A DNA stretch of 64,000 nucleotides from a virus (Duplodnaviria > Caudoviricetes): the IMG/VR virus record IMGVR_UViG_3300044652_000025, positions 87,491 through 151,490 of that record. One strand, written 5' to 3'. Below the pieces are notes generated by a model. That model was not told the DNA's origin, did no database searches, and saw only the letters and a program-made list of their open reading frames with translations. This document shows, piece after piece, positions 36,404 through 45,551 of the stretch. How positions within the stretch are numbered: the first letter of the stretch is position 1; each line of letters begins with the position of its first letter. A program made the position numbers and the translations under genes.

Positions 36404-37831
36404 CTATGCGGCGGGGTTCAACGTGGTGGCGCCGGTCACCGTGTTGATGGAGAAGGAGATGAGGATGTAGTTCAACGGATAGGCGGGCTGGTACTGGAAC
36501 TTCGCTTCGATGACCGACGGGTCGACGGACTGCTGACGGACCGAGAGCCCGTTGTAGGCCACGATCATGTCGGCGTTCACCGCCGCTTCCAGGCAGCCGG
36601 AGATGACCCCCTGGATCCTGATCGGGGTCTCGGCGTCGATAGCGGCACCGATGAGTCCTCCGGCGTCGATCGTGCCGTAGATCAGATCGATCAGGGCGTC
36701 TTTGGCCCGCACCAGCGATAGCTCCCGGGTGAGCACCGACGTCGGATCGGTGGTCACGCCGTGGCGGACGACCATCTGGCCGTTGCGGTTGATCTCGGCC
36801 ACTGCCACACCGGAGGAACTCCAAGTGTTCTTGTTGGCCGTCGTCATGGTCGCCGCCATGCTGGCCGGGAACCCGGCGAAACTCCGGACGAGCTTCTTGG
36901 TCAGCGGCAGCTGCACGGACTGGTTGGCCAGGATCCCGGCGTAGGCCGCGGCCAGGTACTCGCCTCCGACCTCGATCATCGAGTTGGTGTAGCCGTTGTA
37001 GTACGAGAGCCGGTTGGGATAGGCCATCATGACCCGCGACGACGGAAAAGCCGCCGCCAGGGTGTCCGGCGCCGTGGTCGCTCCGGGCTCGAAGCCGACG
37101 AGGCCGACGCGGTAGAGGTTGTCGCCGACGAGCCGTTCGACGTGGTTCTTGAGATCCCCACCGACTCCCTGGATGTCGGACTGGACGGTCAGGCCGACCG
37201 GGAGGACGACCACGACGTTGACGTCCGAGTAGGCCTCCAACTGTGTGAGGGCGGCGGCGAGATGCGCTTGGGTGGTGGAGGATCCGTCCGAGTCGGGGGT
37301 GGCGACGATGACCAGCTGCCGGGCACCGTTCTCGAAGGCCACCTTGGCCGCCAGCGACAGCGGCGAGGTCACCGCCCCAGTGAGGAGATCGATCGGCTCG
37401 CCGTAGGCGTCCTTGACGTCCTCGTAGTTCTGGAACCGCTGGGGCTGGGCGTAGTCGGCGTCGGTGTAGTGGTAGGTCACGTAGACCGTCGCGCCATCGG
37501 TGATCCCACCGCCGTTGACCCGGGCAATCGTGGTGGTGTTGTTCGGTGCCGTGCCCGTCTGGTTGCGGGTGAAGTCAGTGGTGAGGGCGTAGACCGTGCC
37601 GTCAGCCCCGGAGACCTGGAAGCCGGACGCGGTGATGATGCCGTCCTTGGCCAGGGCCACCCCGGTGGTGCCGGTCAGGGTGACGGCCTCGGTGTTGACG
37701 CGGTAGCCGATACCGGGTCCGGCGATAGCGACGACCGTTGGGGCGATCGTCTGAACAGTGACGAGAGACGTCGCCTGTTCCTCGACGTAGACGCCCGGAG
37801 GAAGATACTGACCGCTTGTGAACGAGGGCAT
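36404..37831 (-). CDS. Tail sheath protein
   Basis: YLPPGVYVEE N-terminus; VRHGVTTD...ELSLVR; YQPAYPLNYI. Confidence 0.92.
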   Translation of the reverse strand: MPSFTSGQYLPPGVYVEEQATSLVTVQTIAPTVVAIAGPGIGYRVNTEAVTLTGTTGVALAKDGIITASGFQVSGADGTVYALTTDFTRNQTGTAPNNTTTIARVNGGGITDGATVYVTYHYTDADYAQPQRFQNYEDVKDAYGEPIDLLTGAVTSPLSLAAKVAFENGARQLVIVATPDSDGSSTTQAHLAAALTQLEAYSDVNVVVVLPVGLTVQSDIQGVGGDLKNHVERLVGDNLYRVGLVGFEPGATTAPDTLAAAFPSSRVMMAYPNRLSYYNGYTNSMIEVGGEYLAAAYAGILANQSVQLPLTKKLVRSFAGFPASMAATMTTANKNTWSSSGVAVAEINRNGQMVVRHGVTTDPTSVLTRELSLVRAKDALIDLIYGTIDAGGLIGAAIDAETPIRIQGVISGCLEAAVNADMIVAYNGLSVRQQSVDPSVIEAKFQYQPAYPLNYILISFSINTVTGATTLNPAA

Positions 37832-37856
37832 GTCACTCCCCGGGATGCCTGGGCCT

Positions 37857-37893
37857 TCGTCCCTTCATGGGCTGCCGCTGGAGGTCGGACAGG
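37857..37893 (-). promoter_or_regulatory. Putative late promoter CCTGTC-N22-AAGGGACGA (one of 8 copies)
   Basis: Related motif at 42161-93, 43292-324, 45436-69, 50520-52, 54442-73, 56775-807, 57584-615. Confidence 0.6.
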
Positions 37894-37894
37894 C

Positions 37895-38515
37895 TTAGGG
37901 CAGCCACCCCGGTCCGGGCAGCGGATCGGGCTCCAGATTGGAGTACGGGTAGACGATGACCTTCGACAGCGGAACGAGCGTGCCGGTCAGGAGATCCGAC
38001 ACGAACTCCCCGATGGCGTTCATCTGAATGGTCGCCTCGTACATGACCTCGTCGGTCTGCCACGGCGTGCCCGGTGTCGCCGCGAAGCCCGCCACCCCGA
38101 CCTGGTCGAAGTTGAAGTTGATGGCGATGAACTCGTTGTCCTCGATGTAGGCCCGGAACTGGGAGGTCGGGATGCTCTCCTGGCCGAAGGCCATGATCCG
38201 CACCAACTCATCGAACAATCTGTCCCGCTCCAGGGACGTCAAGGCGATGGCCGTGTAGCTGGCGGTCCCCTGGAAGCGCCAGCGGGTGTACTGGCGCATG
38301 CCGTCGTCGCCCTCGGCGATCTCGATGTGGGAGATTCCGGCCCGCTCCAGCTGGGCCGTGGGGGTGAAGTCCACCCAGACGGCCGGGTAGTCCTCCCGCT
38401 CTACCGGGAAGTCGATGCCGACCTTGGTGTTGCGAAAGTCAGCCTCGATGTACTCGTTGTCGAGGGTCTGGCGCATGGCGTCGGTCAGGACCGTCTTGAC
38501 ATAGGTCAGGAAAAT
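37895..38515 (-). CDS. Tail terminator/completion protein
   Basis: Precedes sheath; possible ATT start at 38515 (first ATG at 38476). Confidence 0.75.
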   Translation of the reverse strand: MFLTYVKTVLTDAMRQTLDNEYIEADFRNTKVGIDFPVEREDYPAVWVDFTPTAQLERAGISHIEIAEGDDGMRQYTRWRFQGTASYTAIALTSLERDRLFDELVRIMAFGQESIPTSQFRAYIEDNEFIAINFNFDQVGVAGFAATPGTPWQTDEVMYEATIQMNAIGEFVSDLLTGTLVPLSKVIVYPYSNLEPDPLPGPGWLP

Positions 38516-38552
38516 GGTGACGGCACCCCCTTGCGCTCATCAGTCAGGAACA

Positions 38553-39245
38553 TCAGGCCGCCCTCCTGCGCCGGTAGGTGTCGTCCACGGCGAAGACCGT
38601 CTGCGGCGGGATCCGGTGCCGGGCGATCGCGTCGATCAGGGACTGCTGGAGGAAGCCCCGACCGATGAGCCCGGGATGACGCCAGCGGACACCGACATTG
38701 CCCCGGGCCACGGCTCCACCGACACGTCCGGGGGTGGTCTCGGGGGCTGCGGCCTCGCGGCGGGCGATCCGGCCCGGGGCGCCGGGGTAGGCCCTCGGTA
38801 CCCAGATGAGCGTCCCGAACCGGCCGCGGATCTGCTTGCGGGATCCGATCGGGGCGGCCTTACGGAAGATGAGCACCTGCGTCTTGCCCGAAGCTGTGAC
38901 TCGCGTCCTGGCCCGAGGGTTACGTTGCCGCTCAATACCGGTCGGATCGTCGATCCACATGGGGATCGTCTTGCCCGCCAGGGAGCGCATGGTGAAGGCT
39001 CTGATGCCCTGCTCCTGGTACCAGACGTAGTCGTCCCGCCAGCCGATCCCGAAGTAGCCCGTCCCGGCCAGGACGTAGAGTCGGGCGGTCGAGGCGCCGG
39101 AGAGCTTCGGGGACCGGAGCCGGGCCAGGTCGAGGGCGTCCTGACCGATGACCCTCGCCGTCGGCGCCGCCAGGCCAGGGATCTCCATGACCACCCCGGT
39201 GGGGATGCCGGTGGGCTGCGGCGGCGGAGACTGGACGAAGGTCAT
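38553..39245 (-). CDS. Basic neck/tail-completion protein
   Basis: YVWYQEQGIRAFTM...WRHPG; synteny. Confidence 0.7.
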   Translation of the reverse strand: MTFVQSPPPQPTGIPTGVVMEIPGLAAPTARVIGQDALDLARLRSPKLSGASTARLYVLAGTGYFGIGWRDDYVWYQEQGIRAFTMRSLAGKTIPMWIDDPTGIERQRNPRARTRVTASGKTQVLIFRKAAPIGSRKQIRGRFGTLIWVPRAYPGAPGRIARREAAAPETTPGRVGGAVARGNVGVRWRHPGLIGRGFLQQSLIDAIARHRIPPQTVFAVDDTYRRRRAA

Positions 39246-39904
39246 ACCGGCATGAGCGGTCCGTGGATCTCTTCGATGGCGGAGAAGTCGACCGGATACC
39301 GCGTGCCCTTGACGTCGAGGACATTGATCAATGTGTCGGTATCGGGCGGGATGATATAGGCCACCGAGGACTCGTCCTCGCGGTTGACGTTGGCGTACTC
39401 GTAGCCGGTGGCCGTGCGGGTGTCGTCAGACTCCCAGAAGCCGGTGAGCACGTTGGCGGTCGTCATGGTCCGGACCCGCCAGCGTGTCCCGTCGGCCCGG
39501 AAGACGTAGTCGCCGGTACGGAGGAGGAAGTTGCTCGGCGTCTGGATGGTGGCGTTCTGGATCGTGTCCTCACCCCGGCTGCCCATCCGCTTCTCCTCCT
39601 CGCTGGGCACCCAGAGAGACTGGCGGACGATCTTGGCCTTGTAGCCGCCCTCGAAGGTCGTGCCGTAGCAGTCGGGGCAGCGCTCCTGAGCCGCCTGGCC
39701 GTAGACATCGGCGATCTTGCCGTAGGCCGTGTAGCAGGTCCGGCAGCGCTGGACGCGGCCCGCGTCGAGATCGTCGAGATCCCAGAGGAGCACGAACATT
39801 GCGTACTCGCCGAAGGTGTTGATGGCCTGGTCGTGCCGGTAGCGCTCCTGCTCGACGGCGTAGTACTGCGGGTCGGGGAGCCACTGCGGATACGGGTTGC
39901 TCAT
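39242..39904 (-). CDS. Neck/head-closure protein with Zn finger
   Basis: RCRTC...RCPDCYGTTFEGGY. Confidence 0.75.
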   Translation of the reverse strand: MSNPYPQWLPDPQYYAVEQERYRHDQAINTFGEYAMFVLLWDLDDLDAGRVQRCRTCYTAYGKIADVYGQAAQERCPDCYGTTFEGGYKAKIVRQSLWVPSEEEKRMGSRGEDTIQNATIQTPSNFLLRTGDYVFRADGTRWRVRTMTTANVLTGFWESDDTRTATGYEYANVNREDESSVAYIIPPDTDTLINVLDVKGTRYPVDFSAIEEIHGPLMPV

Positions 39905-39908
39905 CAGG

Positions 39909-40535
39909 TCAGAACAGCTTCGACAGCGACAGGATGACCTCGAAGGCCACCGAGCCCGCGCCGCCGCTGTCGTTCTCGAACAGGTCGACTTTGACGCCGT
40001 CACCTGCCGCCAGGTAGCCCACGACGAACACCGTGTTGAAGCACGAGCCGCTGGTGGTGTCGGCGGCGCTGCATTCGTCGCTGGCCTGGCTGATGAACGG
40101 TGCCGAGCCGTTGTCGGTGCCCGCCACCACGCCGACGATCATCGACCGGCGGTAGCCGTCCTGGTTGGCCCGGTGGTTCCAGATCGTCTTCAGGAAGCAG
40201 GCGTAGATGCCGTCCGACGTGACGTTGAGCGTCTGGTTGTCGGCGTTCATCGTCACGTTCGGGTCGGTGATCAGGTTGGCGTCCCAGGTGACGTGGAGCG
40301 TGCCGGTGACCGTCTTGTTCACCGCCTCGGCCAGGGCTCCGTTCTTGTTCGGCGTGGCCCCGCCTCCTCCGGCCGGAGCCGGAGTGACGTCGATGACCTC
40401 ATCTCCAAGAGCGGTGGGGGAGATCTCGGCGAACTGGTCGTCGGTGAGGGTGACCTCGTCCCCGGCGTTGTAGTGGCCGCCGTCCGGTAGCTCGACGTTG
40501 TGCTTGCCGTCGGCGATCTTGACCCTGTGTGTCAT
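39909..40535 (-). CDS. Virion protein with shared N-terminal anchor
   Basis: VKIADGKHNVELPDGGHYNAGDEVTLTDDQF. Confidence 0.75.
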   Translation of the reverse strand: MTHRVKIADGKHNVELPDGGHYNAGDEVTLTDDQFAEISPTALGDEVIDVTPAPAGGGGATPNKNGALAEAVNKTVTGTLHVTWDANLITDPNVTMNADNQTLNVTSDGIYACFLKTIWNHRANQDGYRRSMIVGVVAGTDNGSAPFISQASDECSAADTTSGSCFNTVFVVGYLAAGDGVKVDLFENDSGGAGSVAFEVILSLSKLF

Positions 40536-40552
40536 CTTCTACCCCTCACCCC

Positions 40553-41431
40553 TCACGTATAGAAACGCGCCCAGTAGCGAGGCCTGGCCGCAGAGATGAA
40601 CGGATATCTCGTCGCCCACTCCCCGTACACTCCGCCACCGACCAGGACCCTGGGCCGGGAGAGACCCATGTTGGCGATCTTGAACACCTCCAGCATCGAC
40701 GTGGCGTCGCGCTCCTCCATCTCCAGCACCCGCATCCAGCGGTCCATGTAGTCGCGGCGGTCGAGGCGGGCGATGCCGACACCTTCGGCCTGGGGCTGCT
40801 CGGTGTAGGAGCGGATCAGATGCTTGAGGCACTCGATGTAGAGCAATTCGTCGAGGAGGCCACCCCATTGCTGGTAGGGGAAGGCGCCCTGAGTCGGGTC
40901 GAGCGTGAAGTACATATGCGGCTGGCTGACGGTGTTGAGCCGGTTCACCGCGATCTGGAGCAGCTGGGCCATCCTGCCCCGGTTGAAGCGGGCCTGGAAG
41001 TAGACCTGGAGGTGCGGCCCGCCGTTGGGGGAGTCAAACAGATCGGCGAAGCGGATCCAGGCGCTCTCGATGATGGCCTTGAAGCCCACGTCGAGAGCGT
41101 CGTAGGCCGGGGAGGATGTGCCCACCTCCAGGAGCCCCACGAAGGTCTGCGGAGCGCCGTCGAGGGCGTAGGTGAAGGTCACCCGCCAGATGCCTGGCTG
41201 TGACGTCTCCTCGCTCGACAGGAGCGTCTCGTAGGAGCCGGTGGCGGTGTGGTCCGCCTGACGGTCGAAGAGGATCGTCTGCCCGTCGAGGCTGTCCATC
41301 TTGACCATGACGGTGTTGGCGTCGGCGTCAGCTGGTACTCCACCCTTGTGGATGACGAGCCCCACCGGCTCGATGGAGTACTGGGAGATGAACTGACGGT
41401 CACCCAGGGCGTCGGAGAAGAGCGTGGTCAC
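40553..41431 (-). CDS. Head-to-tail adaptor
   Basis: Ig-like N-terminus plus helical C-terminus; synteny. Confidence 0.7.
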   Translation of the reverse strand: MTTLFSDALGDRQFISQYSIEPVGLVIHKGGVPADADANTVMVKMDSLDGQTILFDRQADHTATGSYETLLSSEETSQPGIWRVTFTYALDGAPQTFVGLLEVGTSSPAYDALDVGFKAIIESAWIRFADLFDSPNGGPHLQVYFQARFNRGRMAQLLQIAVNRLNTVSQPHMYFTLDPTQGAFPYQQWGGLLDELLYIECLKHLIRSYTEQPQAEGVGIARLDRRDYMDRWMRVLEMEERDATSMLEVFKIANMGLSRPRVLVGGGVYGEWATRYPFISAARPRYWARFYT

Positions 41432-41519
41432 CGCTCACCCCACCCAGCCCCAGATGACGGCGCAGACCGCGGTGGCCATTGCCATGACGATGAAGAAGAG
41501 GAGGACGAGGACGGCCCAC

Positions 41520-42155
41520 TCACAACTCGACCACGAAAATTCCGAGGGGCGAGGTGGTGGAGGCGTTGAGGGTGGATGTCCCCCCGAAGGCGGCTGAGGC
41601 ACGGAAGTTGAGGATGTAGTTGTAGGTGCCCGCCGCGGGCAAATCCAGCGCCAGTGCGAACACCGGACGCGGCTGTTCAGCCACCGTGCCGCCCGTCCCG
41701 CCGTACTGTGCCCACTCCTGGAGCGCGGTGTTGTCGCGGTAGATCCCCAACTCCGTGAGCCCCGAGGAGTTCTTCACCCCCGGCCCGGCGACGAGCACGA
41801 GATGCGGCCTGCCACCGGCGATGACCGTGGCCGTCACCGACGTTCCGACCTGGTAGGTCGTGCTCGTCGTCGAGATGGCGGTCGTGCGTTCCCCGGCGGT
41901 GAGGTCGCTGATGAGGCCCTTGCCGCCGACGCGCTGGAAGGCCGAGCCGTCCCAATACCACAGCAGCTTGGTGTCGGTCTCGAAGATGACCCGGCCCAGC
42001 TGGGCATCACCCCAGACGGGGTGGGCACCCGACGTCGTGATGTAGACCCCGGGCGACCCGTCGATCTGACTCCAGTTGTGGGTGTAGTCGCTCAGCTGGA
42101 AGACGTCGGCAAGGGTGTGGGTGTTGAGTTGGAGGCGCGCCGTCTGGGTGGTCAT
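41520..42155 (-). CDS. Virion fibre-like protein
   Basis: T..L.L.....D.....N...ID anchor; FETDTKLLWYWDG; AAGTYNY module like 61851-63584. Confidence 0.7.
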   Translation of the reverse strand: MTTQTARLQLNTHTLADVFQLSDYTHNWSQIDGSPGVYITTSGAHPVWGDAQLGRVIFETDTKLLWYWDGSAFQRVGGKGLISDLTAGERTTAISTTSTTYQVGTSVTATVIAGGRPHLVLVAGPGVKNSSGLTELGIYRDNTALQEWAQYGGTGGTVAEQPRPVFALALDLPAAGTYNYILNFRASAAFGGTSTLNASTTSPLGIFVVEL

Positions 42156-42188
42156 CTCATCCCTTCAGCGGGTCTGCGCCGACACGAA

Positions 42189-42219
42189 ACAGCCCCCTCC
42201 CGGATCGGGAAGGGGCTGT
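42189..42219 (-). terminator. Terminator-like hairpin
   Basis: ACAGCCCC.TCCCG/CGGGA.GGGGCTGT followed by TT on minus. Confidence 0.5.
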
Positions 42220-42241
42220 CGAACGACAGGGCGGAGGCAGG

Positions 42242-42718
42242 TCAGGACGTGGCCGACCCGGCGCCCTGGCTACGCCGCTGGGTTTCGGCCTTCTTGGATC
42301 CCTCTTCGCCGGACTCCGCCGCCTGGCGCTGGGCCAGAGACGGGCCGCCGACCTCGATGGGGTTGGCCATGGCCTCTTCGGCCAATGTGCGGACGCGTTC
42401 CCGGGCCGCCTCAGGGTCACCCTGGACGATGGTCGTGCCCTGGGGCAGGACGACGAGGGACTCCGGCACGTCAGGGTCGTCGGGGTCCAGGGCGCGGGCC
42501 GCCATGATGCGGTCCTGGGCCTTGGCCACCTCGAAGATCGGCGTGACCTCTTCGATGCGGCTGTCGGCGACCCCGGCCGTCCCCGAGGTGTCGACCGTGC
42601 CGTACTGGTGGGTGGGGTCGGGGACGAAGCTCTCGTCCTCCTCGCGGTAGGCCCCACCAATCTTGACCGCCTTGGCGGGGTCGAACTCCTTGAGGTTGCT
42701 CTTCTTGGTCGGGGTCAT
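42242..42718 (-). CDS. Hypothetical head-associated protein
   Basis: Start MTPTKK; acidic. Confidence 0.7.
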   Translation of the reverse strand: MTPTKKSNLKEFDPAKAVKIGGAYREEDESFVPDPTHQYGTVDTSGTAGVADSRIEEVTPIFEVAKAQDRIMAARALDPDDPDVPESLVVLPQGTTIVQGDPEAARERVRTLAEEAMANPIEVGGPSLAQRQAAESGEEGSKKAETQRRSQGAGSATS

Positions 42719-42735
42719 CCGCTCTATCCCTTTCG

Positions 42736-43263
42736 TCAGACCTGCTGGTGCTCTCTGGGAGCCATACCCGCCCGGCTCCATTGCTTGACCGCCCTGCCGT
42801 TGAGAATCTGATCCGTCTCCGTCATGACGTACTCCCCGGCCAGGCCCTTGTGGCGCTCACAGAGGGGCGGCCGGTCGCCGCGGGTCTTCTCCTTGACCAC
42901 AACAGCGTCACCGCACTGGCCGCCGCCGCGGCCGGGGCCGATGCACGGCACGGTCACCAGGTCGTTGTTGGCGTCCTGGGAGATGGCCTCCTGGGTCGCT
43001 GTGGCGTCCTGATCCCGCTTGCGCTTCCAGGCACTGGACTGTCGGGCCAGCGCCGTCTGGACCGCCTCTGGGGCCTCCTCGACGACGAAGATGCCCTTCT
43101 GGACGGCCCGCAGGAAGTTGACGTGCTCGGCCAGTTCGTCAGGAACCTGCTGGATGTCGTTCCCGTCCTCGTCCCCCGCTCCGGCCCACTCGATCTGGAT
43201 GTTCTTCGTGAGGTCGGAGAACACCGCGGGTCCAGCTTCGGTGTTCCTGACGGCGAAAGGCAT
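42736..43263 (-). CDS. Hypothetical head-region protein with Cys/His motif
   Basis: RBS AGGAGG; C...C...CERH. Confidence 0.75.
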   Translation of the reverse strand: MPFAVRNTEAGPAVFSDLTKNIQIEWAGAGDEDGNDIQQVPDELAEHVNFLRAVQKGIFVVEEAPEAVQTALARQSSAWKRKRDQDATATQEAISQDANNDLVTVPCIGPGRGGGQCGDAVVVKEKTRGDRPPLCERHKGLAGEYVMTETDQILNGRAVKQWSRAGMAPREHQQV

Positions 43264-43400
43264 ATGGGTTCCTCCTGTTCGGCGCTCTCGTCCCTTGCTC
43301 GGGATTCTGAGCCGTCCAGACAGGAGACGCGACGAGGCCCCTGGGACCAGCGGCCAGGGACCTCAACGCGGCGTCTCAACGAGACCCGGTCACCGTACCA

Positions 43401-43718
43401 CTACTCGTCGGGACCGATGTACCGGGCGTAGAGCTTACTGACGCGCTTCGCGTTGTCCGAGACTCTGCGGGTCTCGAACTCCCATTTCCCGGGCGGGATC
43501 TTGCGTTTGCCTTCGTCAATGGCAGCCTTCACCACTCCCGCCCCTGAATCTGTCGAGAACGTGGCGACGGCATACCACGTTCCAGGGTCTTCCATGACTG
43601 GCTGCAACAGGTGGTAGTACTTCATCCCCCTGGCTGCCTCATCGATCGGCAGTTCATCCACCCGTTCAAGATGGTATTGAACCTGCCCTCGCTCTCCCTT
43701 TGCCTTACCGCTTGCCAT
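43401..43718 (-). CDS. Moron-like hypothetical protein
   Basis: Lower GC, own promoter, RBS GGAGG. Confidence 0.7.
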   Translation of the reverse strand: MASGKAKGERGQVQYHLERVDELPIDEAARGMKYYHLLQPVMEDPGTWYAVATFSTDSGAGVVKAAIDEGKRKIPPGKWEFETRRVSDNAKRVSKLYARYIGPDE

Positions 43719-43744
43719 AGTACGTGCCTCCCGGTCTCAGAAGC

Positions 43745-43772
43745 ATCATACCAAGCGGTGTTCAAGGATCAA
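43745..43772 (-). promoter_or_regulatory. SigA-type promoter
   Basis: TTGATC-16-TATGAT with extended TG. Confidence 0.5.
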
Positions 43773-43780
43773 TCGAAACC

Positions 43781-43815
43781 ATAAAAGAAGCCGGTACCCG
43801 AAGTCGGGTACCGGC
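43781..43815 (-). terminator. Intrinsic terminator after MCP
   Basis: GCCGGTACCCG-ACTT-CGGGTACCGGC-TTCTTTT. Confidence 0.85.
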
Positions 43816-43849
43816 CCCTTTAGGTGGGTGGTGCTTAGCTGCTGGTTTA

Positions 43850-44842
43850 CTACGCCTTCGTGACCGTGGTGATGCCCCGAGGGTTGAGGATGGCCATGGT
43901 GACCATCTCGTCAAAGACCCAGCCCTTCCAGAACGCCTCGACGTTGTGGTTCTCCTCGACGTCGAGGGAGTACAGGACAGGGAACACACCGAGGAAGTCG
44001 GGGTTCGGCAGGATGAAGATCTTGCCCTGGGGCACGATGATCGACCGCTGGATCTGGAACTCGCCGAAGGTGGTGATCCGCTCCCCGGCGACGACCCGGT
44101 CCTTGAAGGCCCAGCCCGTCTGGTTGATGTCCCACCGGTAGAAGTCCCGGTAGTCCATCGGGTTGACCAGGATGCGGCCCGCCTCGATCTCGTGCATGTC
44201 CGAGAGCGCCACCGCGGCGTAGAGACTCTGCGGAGTGAAGTAGCCCGAGGTCTCGGTCACGTTGTGGTTCGGGGTGATGTCGTGGTCCGGCCGGGTGGCG
44301 TAGTCCGTCACCGCCGCCTGGAGGATGACCATCAGGCGGCTGTCCTCCTGCTTGAGGATCGCCTGCTTGGTCTCGTCCTGGGCCTGCTCCACGGCGTTGA
44401 TCCGGAGGTAGTACAGATCCTCCTTGCGGATCGCCGGACGGCTGGCGATGCGGAAGAACCGCACCGGCACGCGCTTGCCCTCGAACGGGGTCACACGGAC
44501 CTCGCCCTCGGTGCCGGACATGATGTACGCCTGCCCCAGGTCGTCCCACACGTCGTACTCGACCGGGGTGCCCGGGGTGACCGGGTCCTCGATGAGGACG
44601 TTGCGGACGATGCCCTGGTAGCGGAGCTTCAGCTGGATCGGGCCGATCATGCCCACGCCCAGCCTACGGATCCCGTTGACCTCATCCTGGAGGATGAGGG
44701 CCATCTTCTTGACCTTCTGCTCGTGGGTCAGGGCGCTCTTGGAGCCGTCGCCCTGCCGACGGCGAAGGATCTCGGCGACGTAGTCGTCGGACTTCTTCGC
44801 CACCTTGGGTCGAAGACCCCCTGCCACAGTCAGGCTGCTCAT
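43850..44842 (-). CDS. Major capsid protein (330 aa)
   Basis: MIGPIQLKLRYQGIVRNVL...ILNPRG as recalled for Bxz1-like MCP; RBS AAAGGA; downstream terminator. Confidence 0.9.
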   Translation of the reverse strand: MSSLTVAGGLRPKVAKKSDDYVAEILRRRQGDGSKSALTHEQKVKKMALILQDEVNGIRRLGVGMIGPIQLKLRYQGIVRNVLIEDPVTPGTPVEYDVWDDLGQAYIMSGTEGEVRVTPFEGKRVPVRFFRIASRPAIRKEDLYYLRINAVEQAQDETKQAILKQEDSRLMVILQAAVTDYATRPDHDITPNHNVTETSGYFTPQSLYAAVALSDMHEIEAGRILVNPMDYRDFYRWDINQTGWAFKDRVVAGERITTFGEFQIQRSIIVPQGKIFILPNPDFLGVFPVLYSLDVEENHNVEAFWKGWVFDEMVTMAILNPRGITTVTKA

Positions 44843-44885
44843 GCTTCTGTCCTTTGTGCGAGAGGAAGAGGTGGACGGTGGACGA

Positions 44886-45398
44886 CTACGGGGTGCGCGG
44901 CATGAGGCCGCCGATGGTGATCTTGGTGGCACTGTCGACCGAGATCAGCCGGGCGACCGGAGCAGCCGAGGCGCCGGTGGCTCCGGCCGGGACGAGCTTG
45001 CCCCGGTTGGCGCCGGTAGTGGAGGCGTGGACCAGGAGGTCCGTGCCGTTGCCCGGGTCGGTCCAGGTCGCCGTAGTGTCGAACGCCGGGGCGAGGATCT
45101 CGAACTCGGCGTCGGCGGCGAGTACCCAGACGGCCAGGACGTTGATCCCGGCCTCCTCGACCTCATCGATCCCGTCGCCGCCGATGTAGAGGGCGCACAG
45201 CCCGGCCGGGACGCCGGTCCCGTTGAGGAGGGTGTAGTTCTCCCCGGCGGTCTTCATCATGCACATGCCAGGCCAGATGTCGACGCTTCGGTCCCACGCC
45301 GGGTCGAGGAAGCAGGACTTGGGCGTCGCCTGGGTCCAACCGTAAAGCGGCCGGATGGTCCGCTTGATGTAAGCCTTATTCAAAGTCGTGCGGATCAC
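44886..45398 (-). CDS. Capsid decoration/cement protein
   Basis: Between scaffold and MCP; KRTIRPLY...PGM. Confidence 0.75.
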   Translation of the reverse strand: MIRTTLNKAYIKRTIRPLYGWTQATPKSCFLDPAWDRSVDIWPGMCMMKTAGENYTLLNGTGVPAGLCALYIGGDGIDEVEEAGINVLAVWVLAADAEFEILAPAFDTTATWTDPGNGTDLLVHASTTGANRGKLVPAGATGASAAPVARLISVDSATKITIGGLMPRTP

Positions 45399-45482
45399 AG
45401 GTCACTCCCTCGACAAGTCCAGGTGGATCCTTCATCCCTTGTTCCAGGAGAAGCCCGCACTCGGACAGGAGGACGAGACGAC

Positions 45483-45509
45483 GAAAGCCCCCGAGAGCCG
45501 GGGGCTTTC
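45483..45509 (-). terminator. Terminator-like hairpin
   Basis: GAAAGCCCCCG/CGGGGGCTTTC. Confidence 0.55.
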
Positions 45510-45551
45510 ATCTGCGGCAGAGCCGGGGACGGCCCGGACTGCGGCGACCTG

